Of a DNA stretch of 43,522 nt, positions 35,506-42,950 are shown one piece after another. Origin of the DNA: an uncultured Gammaproteobacteria bacterium (lineage in GTDB: Bacteria > Pseudomonadota > Gammaproteobacteria > JAKDMP01); assembly GCA_964554305.1 (NCBI GenBank), contig CAZKOE010000001.1:3572-47093 (forward strand), given 5' to 3'. Under the pieces are notes generated by a model. That model was not told where the DNA came from and ran no database searches. It worked only from the letters and a program-made list of their open reading frames with translations. How positions within the stretch are numbered: position 1 is the stretch's first letter; every line of letters begins with the position of its first letter. The translations under genes were made by a program, and so were the position numbers.

Positions 35506-35635
35506 GACAGTGCTCCGGGTTCGGGGGAGTTGCGCTCATTTCTGGCGTATGAGCGGTTGAAAGGCGGCATCACCTCTCCGAAATGTGCAAAACCGGCAAA
35601 TTCCGGCAGATGGGACGGGGCACTGCCGCGAGCGA
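35506..35635 (-). promoter_or_regulatory. Conserved upstream leader of the bactofilin operon (copy 2)
   Basis: It aligns with 11171..11302 (see copy 1). Similarity stops after ...GCCGCGAGCGA. Confidence 0.45.
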
Positions 35636-36106
35636 CAATGCCGAACCATTAATGATAATACGATCGTATCGATTTTGGATACCGGCTTCAAGGGCCAGCC
35701 GAGCGGCGATGCCGCGGCAAGGGGGGGCTGGCGGCCGATCGCCGCGGCGCCCATGGGCGACTTGGCCGGGTTCACGGGCCATTATGCGTTACCACGGGAT
35801 GCAATTCGGTTGTTGTCTCGGGGCCGGCCGCGCGTCTCCCTGAGCAACATCTTCGCCACTCGGTGGCGGCAACGGCTCAGCCGATCGCGACGGGATAATT
35901 CGCCACCGCCGAAGCGCTGCCCGCGCCGGAGATGAGCGCGACGTAGCCGTCGAGAGGTGGTCACCGTATCGCCATCCGGCCGTTGTCAGTCACGCGATTC
36001 GTGTCCTTCAAAGCCGATCGGCGAGGCCGTTGTCGAAAGTTTGGCGCCCGTTCCTGACCGTGGGCGCGGCCACGGGAATCACGAAGAATCTCCGGTATCG
36101 CCGAAT

Positions 36107-36760
36107 TCAGCCACAATCGTGGCAGTAGCCCTCCCTTTGCCGCACGATGAAAGGGCTGCCGCGCGATGCCATTTGAACGGGGGAAATTTCAGGGCCCGGA
36201 TCTCCCGCCGCCTTTACCGTTATCGACCACCGCCGCTTTGATCGACCGGCCGTGCTGCCGGCCCGATCGCCGGCGAAGAGGTCCATATCCGATATGGGCC
36301 GGCCTTTCCGCCACGGTGCGATCAACGCTTTGTCCGACCGGGCCCGGACGACGAACACCGACAGGCCAAACATGGCCAGAGACAGGGAGAACACGGCGAG
36401 GTTGACGGAGAATGGCGAGGGCAGCACGCCGAATAGGACGTTGAAAAGTATGGCCAACCCCTGGAGTGCCGCGGAACAGGAGGCCGCGAGCGCGGCTACC
36501 CCGGATGTGATTCGCGTTACGGACGACAACAGCACGCCCGGACCGGCGGCCAGATCCACGTCGCCGACGAACTTTAAAAGGATCGCCGGCAGGTGACCGG
36601 CCCAAGGGGCTATCGCCAAAGTCTGTGTCACGGGCAAGGCGAGCACCGCGATGCCGATGGTCAGATACACGCCGAACAGCAGCACTTGTGCGAGCCAGAG
36701 CAAGGCCCGCAAGGGCAGCCTTTGACCGGTGGCCGATTCGTTTTCGCCATTATTGTTCAT
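36107..36760 (-). CDS. DoxX-like membrane protein with C-terminal tail; copy 3
   Basis: [78 protein letters not shown]... is paralogous to copies 1 and 2. The ORF-track entry 36107..37102 runs on upstream through unrelated remnants. Confidence 0.7.
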   Translation of the reverse strand: MNNNGENESATGQRLPLRALLWLAQVLLFGVYLTIGIAVLALPVTQTLAIAPWAGHLPAILLKFVGDVDLAAGPGVLLSSVTRITSGVAALAASCSAALQGLAILFNVLFGVLPSPFSVNLAVFSLSLAMFGLSVFVVRARSDKALIAPWRKGRPISDMDLFAGDRAGSTAGRSKRRWSITVKAAGDPGPEISPVQMASRGSPFIVRQREGYCHDCG

Positions 36761-36799
36761 GATTGCATCTCTTTTTGGTGATGATGGGGGTCTGTAAAC

Positions 36800-36905
36800 T
36801 GAACTGTGTATCTGGGCTGCGTCGTCTTCAGTCGGGACGGCAGATTGACCCAGAGCTGGATGACTTCCAGCAGGCCGCCGGTGCGAAGAAAGTCGGGCGG
36901 AACTT
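36800..36905 (-). pseudogene. Internal fragment of a pirin gene
   Basis: FLRTGGLLEVIQLWVNLPSRLKTTQPRY aligns with FLRTGGLLEIIQLWVNLPARLKGMPPKY of the intact pirin (12471..13340). The nucleotide match to 12930..13010 is visible. Both ends are missing. Confidence 0.65.
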
Positions 36906-36916
36906 GGATAGGCACA

Positions 36917-37230
36917 CTCAGCGCACACGGCATCCGCATCTCCATGGACGGCAAGGGACGCTGGAGCGACAACGTGTTCGTCGAGCGGCTGTGGCGTTCG
37001 CTGAAGTACGAATGCGTGTATCTCAACGCCTTCGAGACGCCGAGCGAAGCCCGAGAAGGGATCGGGCGCTGGATGCGCGACTATGACTACGAGCGTCCGC
37101 ACTCAAGTCTCGATGGATTGACGCCCGCTGAGGTCTATGCGGGCCTTGCACGACGGAAATTGGCAGCCTGAAATGAACCCGGATTCCATCTTACATTCGC
37201 TGCCAAGCTGTCTGGGAATTGGGGCCCACC
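36917..37230 (+). mobile_element. IS3-family transposase (OrfB integrase-core) C-terminal remnant plus probable element end
   Basis: AHGIRISMDGKGRWSDNVFVERLWRSLKYECVYLNAFETPSEAREGIGRWMRDYDYERPHSSLDGLTPAEVY is the rve-domain C-terminus typical of IS3-family OrfB. There is no upstream catalytic region or orfA. Confidence 0.7.
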
Positions 37231-37550
37231 TCATAGCGAAAATAGAGCGCCCATCTGCGCCTCATCGAAAGGCGCCGCGTGACGCCAGGCGATGAACAGT
37301 TGCAAGGTATGCTTGAAGCTGAGTTCGCGCGGCATGATGTGCGCTTCGAGAGCGGCTTGTGCCATCATCAGCCGGGTGAGGTTGTAGGCGAGCAGATACA
37401 CCCACACTTCCTTCTCGGCCATGGCAGGGGTTTTGCAGCTGAGCCGCTCCATGCCGAGCGTGGTCTTGATCTGGCGCAGATCAAGCTCCACGTGCCAACG
37501 CTGCTTGTAGAGCGTTTTCAACGCCTCTTTGCTGACCGTCTTGGCGTTGG
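37231..37550 (-). mobile_element. IS4-family (DDE_Tnp_1) transposase C-terminal remnant
   Basis: SNAKTVSKEALKTLYKQRWHVELDLRQIKTTLGMERLSCKTP contains the IS4 Y-x2-R-x3-E-x6-K signature. The 5' part is missing, and the fragment abuts the duplicated MFP start at about 37550. Confidence 0.75.
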
Positions 37551-37551
37551 A

Positions 37552-37568
37552 ATGTCACTCCTTGCCAT
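37552..37568 (-). pseudogene. 17-nt stub of the RND adaptor gene start (ATGGCAAGGAGTGACAT) carried along with OYE copy 2
   Basis: It is identical to 25351..25367, the first 17 nt of the MFP gene. The OYE-to-MFP spacer is also conserved (37569..37596 versus 25368..25395). Confidence 0.7.
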
Positions 37569-37596
37569 GTTTTGTTACTCCTGTGTACAGAGACAT

Positions 37597-38682
37597 TCAG
37601 GCGGCTTGAGCCTGCAAAAATGGATAATCCGTGTAGCCGCGCGCGCCGCCCTGGTAGAACGTCGCCGGGTCGGCTTCGATGGGCAGCAGGCCGAACCGGA
37701 AGCGTTCCGGCAGATCCGGGTTGGAAATGAACGGTTTGCCGTAGGCAATCAGGTCGGCCATGCCCGCGGCGATTGCCGCGTTACCGCGTTCGCGGTCGTA
37801 GCCGTTGTTGGCGATGAGCGTGCCGCTGTAGACGGTGCGATAATGAGCGACGACCCCATCGGGGAACTCCTTTGTGGCGGGCGAATCGATCAAATGCACA
37901 TAGGCCGGACCGAGATCGTCCAGAACGCCGATCACGAAGTCGTAAAGCGCGGTGGTGTCGCCGTCGGGCGGGTCATTGGAGACAGTAGCGGGGGACAGGC
38001 GCACACCGACTTTGTCGCTGCCGATGGCCTGTGCGACGCCTTCTACGGTTTCGAACAGGAAGCGGGCTCGATTAACGATGCTGCCGCCGTAGCGATCCGT
38101 TCGGCGGTTGCTTGATGCGCGCAGGAACTGCTCGATCAGGTAGCCGTTGGCGCCGTGCAGTTCCACGCCGTCGAAGCCGGCTTTCATCGCGTTCTTTGCA
38201 GCCTGCACGAAGTCCGCGACGATGCCGGGGATTTCGGCGGCTTCAAGTGCGCGCGGCGTCACCGTCGGCTTGAAACCCTGCGGAGTGAAGCTCTTCGCCT
38301 CAGGGTTGATCGCCGAGGGTGCGACCGGCGGCCTGCCGTTGTGAAAATCGGGGTGCGAGATGCGCCCGACGTGCCAAAGCTGCGCAAATATCCGCCCGCC
38401 CTGTGCGTGGACGGCCTGCGTCACCTTGCTCCAGCCCGCGATTTGGTCGGCGGAGTGGATACCGGGGGTGTGGATGTAGCCGACGCCTTGCGGAGAAACT
38501 TGAGTCGCTTCCGAAACGATGAGGCCGGCGGAGACCCGTTGGGCGTAGTATTCGACGTGCAGGTCCGTCGGGACGCGTCCCGGGTTGACGGCACGCGAGC
38601 GCGTCATCGGCGCCATGACAACGCGATTCTTCAGCTCGTACGGGCCGAGTCGGGCGCTTTCTAACAAGGGTTGGTTGGACAT
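37597..38682 (-). CDS. Old Yellow Enzyme family alkene reductase (NemA-like); copy 2
   Basis: 361 aa, collinear with copy 1 (most aligned residues identical by eye), with the same catalytic motifs. Confidence 0.9.
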   Translation of the reverse strand: MSNQPLLESARLGPYELKNRVVMAPMTRSRAVNPGRVPTDLHVEYYAQRVSAGLIVSEATQVSPQGVGYIHTPGIHSADQIAGWSKVTQAVHAQGGRIFAQLWHVGRISHPDFHNGRPPVAPSAINPEAKSFTPQGFKPTVTPRALEAAEIPGIVADFVQAAKNAMKAGFDGVELHGANGYLIEQFLRASSNRRTDRYGGSIVNRARFLFETVEGVAQAIGSDKVGVRLSPATVSNDPPDGDTTALYDFVIGVLDDLGPAYVHLIDSPATKEFPDGVVAHYRTVYSGTLIANNGYDRERGNAAIAAGMADLIAYGKPFISNPDLPERFRFGLLPIEADPATFYQGGARGYTDYPFLQAQAA

Positions 38683-38704
38683 GTTGACTCCTTTTAAATT
38701 TCTG

Positions 38705-38726
38705 TATATCTAATAAAATAGATATA
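38705..38726. promoter_or_regulatory. Palindrome TATATCTA-N6-TAGATATA upstream of OYE copy 2; candidate ArsR-type operator
   Basis: Perfect 8-bp arms, 23-44 nt upstream of the OYE2 start. It shares the TATATC half-site with the palindrome upstream of the ArsR gene. Confidence 0.5.
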
Positions 38727-38735
38727 ACAACGTGC

Positions 38736-38762
38736 AATAAACCTCATCAAATGATGTTGAGG
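38736..38762 (-). terminator. Putative intrinsic terminator after the ArsR-type gene
   Basis: The minus-strand RNA reads CCUCAACA-ucauu-UGAUGAGG (one mismatch) followed by UUUAUU, starting 8 nt after the stop at 38770. Confidence 0.45.
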
Positions 38763-38769
38763 CCATGGG

Positions 38770-39075
38770 TTACAGCTCTTGCTGCAGGAAGTTGCTCAGT
38801 TCGCCGAGCGCGGATTCGTTTCGTTCGTAGTAGGTCCACTGGCCGCAGCGCTTGGCGGTGACCAGGCCCGCCTGCTCCAGCAGGGCCAGGTAGTGAGAGG
38901 TCGTGGACTGGCATAGCCCGAGTTTCTCGTGAATCGCCCCCACGCACACTCCGCGCGCGAGCCGCTGCTTGCATTCCCCGGATGGCCCGAAGTAGCGTTC
39001 CGGGTCCTTGAGCCACTTGAGGATGTTCAAGCGTGACTCGTTGCCGAGGGCCTTGAAGACGGTGACCTGATCCAT
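38770..39075 (-). CDS. ArsR/SmtB-family winged-helix regulator
   Basis: VFKALGNESRLNILKWL ... IHEKLGLCQSTTSHYLALLEQAGLV. The start is uncertain (ATG 39075 or 39084, GTG 39120) and none has a clear RBS. Confidence 0.8.
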   Translation of the reverse strand: MDQVTVFKALGNESRLNILKWLKDPERYFGPSGECKQRLARGVCVGAIHEKLGLCQSTTSHYLALLEQAGLVTAKRCGQWTYYERNESALGELSNFLQQEL

Positions 39076-39084
39076 GGGTATCAT

Positions 39085-39106
39085 TATATCGTTAATTTTC
39101 GATATA
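39085..39106. promoter_or_regulatory. Palindrome TATATCG-N8-CGATATA at the ArsR gene 5' end; candidate autoregulatory operator
   Basis: Perfect 7-bp arms, with the same TATATC core as 38705..38726. Confidence 0.45.
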
Positions 39107-39131
39107 TCAATGGGGGTCACGGAAAACCGGG

Positions 39132-39157
39132 AAAACGCCGGCGCAGCGCCGCCGGCG
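39132..39157 (-). terminator. Intrinsic terminator after the GNAT gene
   Basis: The minus strand reads CGCCGGCG-gcgcug-CGCCGGCG followed directly by TTTTCCCGGTTTTCC, 28 nt after the GNAT stop. Confidence 0.6.
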
Positions 39158-39184
39158 GGCGGCCTGGCCCAGTTGGACGATTCG

Positions 39185-39619
39185 TCAGGGCTCGAGGCGT
39201 TGCTCGCGACCGAGTACCCAGCAGCGGGGGTTGTTTGTGAAACCGACCCGCTCGTAGTAGGCGTTGGCGTTCGGCGCGGCCACGAGGATCAGCTTGCATC
39301 GCGGGCCGAGCTGTTCACGGGTTTGCTCGATCAGCGTCTTGCCAATTCCCGAACGCTGGTAGTCGACGTGGACGGCGAGATCGGAGAGATAACAGGCGTA
39401 GTGAAAGTCCGTGACCGATCGTGCGACACCGACTACAAGATTCCCGCTCCAGGCCGTCACCGTGAGATCGGCGTTCTCGAGCATACCGCGAATGCATTCG
39501 GAATCGTCCACCGGGCGGCGCTCGGCCAAGGTCGAAGCCCTGAGCAGATCAATGAATTGGTCCGCAGAAATGCGCTCGTTGACCTTGAACTCGATCCCTG
39601 TCGTGATGCCGCTCGCCAT
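39185..39619 (-). CDS. GNAT-family N-acetyltransferase
   Basis: VGVARSVTDFHYACYLSDLAVHVDYQRSGIGKTLIE (motif A Q/RxxGxG/A), ...YYERVGF. Confidence 0.85.
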   Translation of the reverse strand: MASGITTGIEFKVNERISADQFIDLLRASTLAERRPVDDSECIRGMLENADLTVTAWSGNLVVGVARSVTDFHYACYLSDLAVHVDYQRSGIGKTLIEQTREQLGPRCKLILVAAPNANAYYERVGFTNNPRCWVLGREQRLEP

Positions 39620-39969
39620 CAGGCATGCTGCAGGATGTTGACGAGTCTTCCGAAGGGGTCGCGGACGTAGAATCTGCGCACGCCCCAGGGTTCGCTAGCC
39701 GGCCCGTATTCGATGGGTATTCCCGCCTTTTTGAATCGCGTCAGCGCCTCGTCGAGATTGTCCACTTCGATGGACAGATCGGGCACCGGGGTGCCGGAGC
39801 CGCCTTCGGTCCCAAAGCCCACTTGTACGGTCATCTTTTCGTTCGTGCCCCAGGTTCGCTACCAGCCATGATCCATGAGGAGATCGAGTCCCAGGATGTC
39901 TTCATAAAACGCCGCCGCCCTTGCAAAGTCCGGCGTTTCCACGTTCGAGACGATTCGTTTGACTCGCAT
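39619..39969 (-). pseudogene. VOC/glyoxalase-fold gene interrupted by an in-frame TAG
   Basis: ATG 39969 gives MRVKRIVSNVETPDFARAAAFYEDILGLDLLMDHGW-TAG(39861..39859)-RTWGTNEKMTVQVGFGTEGGSGTPVPDLSIEVDNLDEALTRFKKAGIPIEYGPASEPWGVRRFYVRDPFGRLVNILQHA, all in one frame (checked codon by codon). Confidence 0.7.
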
Positions 39970-40204
39970 GACTTGTCTCCGCATTGATTCGGCATCACAA
40001 CGTCGCGCATGGCTACGGCGGGTTGATCGACGATCCGCGGTCTCATCATAACGTTTGCAGGGAAATTGGGACAGAGCAAGACCCCGCGGGGAGGGATTGT
40101 GAGCGAGTACACCCCTGTTCCATTCGCGATTGTCAGGGCCTCGCCGGGACGGCCGGGCGATTCGCGAGCGGCGCCGGCATTGGGCAGGTGCACTTTGCCG
40201 GTGC

Positions 40205-40846
40205 TCAATAAGCGACCGTAAAGCGGGCGCGGCGATGCTTGGGGCGCTCCGCTTCGTCCATCAGCGCCACCGAGAAGTCTTCCATCGAGATGGTGGAGGC
40301 CCCGGAATCATCCACCAACAATTCATCCGATCCCATGCGGTAATGGCCGGTCCTTTCACCCGGTTCCAACAGGGCGGGCGGACTCAAGTAGGTCCAGTCC
40401 GCTTCCGCATTGCTGCGGCAAACCTCGAATTGGTCCACGCACGCGAGGGCGACGTCGCGCCAGGCGGGCGGTACGAACTTCGGATCGTTGGCCGCGATCA
40501 GCCCGTTGCTTGCCGGGACGATCAGACTCCCGGCTCCGCCGACAAGCAGAAGTCGAACTGCGGCCTGGGTAACGCCTGCGAGTAGTGCCTGCGCGGTAAC
40601 GGCCAGTTCATATTCCTTCCCCGGCCGCGGTCGGGTTGCACCGATCACGACGTCCTGGCCGTTGCCAACCGCGGCTACGTCCGCGGGTTTCTGGGCGTTT
40701 GCAACACGCTTGGCTGCAGCGGCCGGCAAGCGACGAAGGCGGTTTGAATCGCGGGCGACCGCAGTGACTTGATGCCCGCGGGCCAAGGCCTCGATTACGA
40801 TGCGGCGGCCGATGTTTCCCGTGGCTCCAAAGATGGCAATGCGCAT
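40205..40846 (-). CDS. NAD(P)H-binding atypical SDR (NAD_binding_10-type)
   Basis: MRIAIFGATGNIGRRIVIEALARGHQVTAVARD ... LLLVGGAGSL ... WTYLSPPALLEPGERTGHYR. Confidence 0.85.
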   Translation of the reverse strand: MRIAIFGATGNIGRRIVIEALARGHQVTAVARDSNRLRRLPAAAAKRVANAQKPADVAAVGNGQDVVIGATRPRPGKEYELAVTAQALLAGVTQAAVRLLLVGGAGSLIVPASNGLIAANDPKFVPPAWRDVALACVDQFEVCRSNAEADWTYLSPPALLEPGERTGHYRMGSDELLVDDSGASTISMEDFSVALMDEAERPKHRRARFTVAY

Positions 40847-40924
40847 AATTTCAGTCTCCTTCTTGATCCAGTTGGTTGATAAAGCAGTTGCAGGGAGGTG
40901 GCGGCGTGGATGATTGCTCGGGGT

Positions 40925-41905
40925 TCAGCGGCGGCAGGTATTCGGGTTTCGTTCCGATCGCGTCGGCGAGGCGGCCTGCAAGGGTTGGGGCTTGTCTTGT
41001 CGCTTGGAGTCGCGCCGCAGCAATGCCGCGATTGCCAGAGCGACCAGGACGCTGCCCGGCAGCCAACGCCACCCGATAAGCCGCGGTTGCTCGATGAACA
41101 GCAGCATCATCGAGACGAATGGCACCAGGTAGGTATAGGCGGTAGCGGATCCCGGCGTCAAGACAATCATGGCGCGCTGCAACAACCAGAAAGTCAGCCC
41201 GCTGGAGATCAAGCCGAGATAAACCAGGATGAGGATGTCCGAAGGCCTCATCTCCGCGAGCGAACCGGGTGATTCCGTGACCAGGCCCAACGCGGTGATC
41301 AGCAAGGCACCAACGGCGAGGCTCCAGAACGTTCGCAGCGAAGCCCGGCGGGACAACCAGCCTTTGTTCAGGCCCCATTTGCTGAGTACCGGATACAGGG
41401 CGGAGGCCATGCAGCCGGCAAAATACAGCGCCTCGCCGAAGCCGAAGTGCAGGCTGCCGAGTTGCCCTCCGGTTTGCGCCCATATCAGCGCCAAGGCGCC
41501 GAGTGCCCCCACCATCAGCGCTGCCGGCATACGAACGGCACGCCGCTCGACTCCCAGGCTTCTTCCCATGCAGTAGGAAAGCAGCGGCACGCTGACGTAA
41601 AGCGTCGCCATCGACAGGGCGGTAACACGGTGCGCGGCCCAGAACATGGCGCCGAAGAAGCCGGCGAGGCACAATCCCATGACGGCATAGAGCAAGAGTC
41701 CCCGCGGGCTCGGCCACCGATCCGGTGCGCGGCGCACGAGTGGCCATATCGCCAGCGCCGCGATCACGAAGCGTATCGCGGTCAGCAGCAACGGCGGCAG
41801 GCCATCGCTCAATCGGCCCACGATCGGAAACGACAGTCCCACGATCACGGCCCAGATCAGCATGCCCAAATGGGCGCGTTTCACATCCTTTGAATGATTG
41901 GCCAC
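40925..41905 (-). CDS. EamA/DMT-family transporter
   Basis: 326 aa, 10-TM-like, with two EamA halves (LIWAVIVGLSFPIVGRL..., LTAIRFVIAAL...). It is divergent from the LysR gene at 42012. Confidence 0.85.
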   Translation of the reverse strand: MANHSKDVKRAHLGMLIWAVIVGLSFPIVGRLSDGLPPLLLTAIRFVIAALAIWPLVRRAPDRWPSPRGLLLYAVMGLCLAGFFGAMFWAAHRVTALSMATLYVSVPLLSYCMGRSLGVERRAVRMPAALMVGALGALALIWAQTGGQLGSLHFGFGEALYFAGCMASALYPVLSKWGLNKGWLSRRASLRTFWSLAVGALLITALGLVTESPGSLAEMRPSDILILVYLGLISSGLTFWLLQRAMIVLTPGSATAYTYLVPFVSMMLLFIEQPRLIGWRWLPGSVLVALAIAALLRRDSKRQDKPQPLQAASPTRSERNPNTCRR

Positions 41906-42011
41906 TACGGTGCTTCCTCGTTTCTGTCCGACGAGAAAGATTGTAATTACGCTGATATCCGTTTACAATAAGTTATGGATTATTTATTTATTTACTGAGA
42001 GTAAAGAATAG

Positions 42012-42950
42012 ATGGATCGTCTCACGGCCCTGAAGGTGTTCCGCCAAGTCGTCGAACAAGGGAGTTTTGCCGGAGCCGGACGGCAGCTTGAACTGTCGCC
42101 TGCGGCGATCAGCAAGAACGTGAGCGAACTCGAGTCACACTTGAACGTGCGACTGCTCCATCGCACGACCCGCCGCATGAGCTTGACCGAAGCCGGAACG
42201 CTCTATTACGAACGCGTCGTGCGAATCCTCGATGAGCTCGAAGAAGCGGATGGCTCCATAGGCCCTTTGCAACGGGCGCCTGGCGGTGTCTTGCGTGTCA
42301 GCGCGCCCATGACATTGACGCTGGTGTGCTTGTCCACGGCGATACCGGGCTTCCTGAAACAATACCCGGATGTATCAATGGATCTGCGCATGGATGACCG
42401 TCAGGTGGATATCGTCGGGGAGGGTTACGATCTCGCGATCCGCGGAAGCGACAAGCTCGAAGATTCCAGCCTGATTGCCAGAAAACTGTTGACCTTGCGT
42501 CACGTCGTATGTGCGGCACCTGCCTACTTCGAGCGTTTCGGGACCCCGGAAACGCCGGATGACCTGCGTGCGCACAATTGCATTCGGTTCAGCTTATCCG
42601 GTCACGCCAATGAATGGGAATTCCGTGGAAGCGATCGCGCTGTGCGGGTACCAGTCAACGGACGTCTCAAGGCAAGCTCGAGCCTTGCGGTTCGTGACGC
42701 CCTGCGTGCCGGTTTCGGTTTGAGCTTGATCCCGTGGCTTTATGTCCGGGACGATATCGAACAGGGGCGATTGTGCACGGTCCTCGACGGTTGGTCAGCC
42801 GTGGAAACCGGCGTTTACGCGGTTTATCCGTCCCGGCACTTCATAGTCGCGAAGGTGCGTGCCTTTCTGGATTTTCTCGCCGAAGAGATGAAGGGGTTCG
42901 AAACCGCCTCCGAACAACTTGGTTCTCATTCGACCGTTTCGTCGAAGTGA
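42012..42950 (+). CDS. LysR-family transcriptional regulator
   Basis: MDRLTALKVFRQVVEQGSFAGAGRQLELSPAAISKNVSELESHLNVRLLHRTTR. Confidence 0.9.
   Translation: MDRLTALKVFRQVVEQGSFAGAGRQLELSPAAISKNVSELESHLNVRLLHRTTRRMSLTEAGTLYYERVVRILDELEEADGSIGPLQRAPGGVLRVSAPMTLTLVCLSTAIPGFLKQYPDVSMDLRMDDRQVDIVGEGYDLAIRGSDKLEDSSLIARKLLTLRHVVCAAPAYFERFGTPETPDDLRAHNCIRFSLSGHANEWEFRGSDRAVRVPVNGRLKASSSLAVRDALRAGFGLSLIPWLYVRDDIEQGRLCTVLDGWSAVETGVYAVYPSRHFIVAKVRAFLDFLAEEMKGFETASEQLGSHSTVSSK

Noticed and set aside
36107-37102. A single 331-aa ORF in the track.
   Set aside because: It is a composite. Only the C-terminal 217 codons (from ATG 36760, with the conserved RBS block) are the DoxX paralog. The upstream part reads through a pirin fragment and the antisense of an IS3 remnant.
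40851-41747. A 298-aa minus-strand ORF overlapping the EamA gene.
   Set aside because: It is an out-of-frame overlap with the 326-aa EamA ORF. The EamA frame gives regular TM helices, while this frame is R/A/G-rich.
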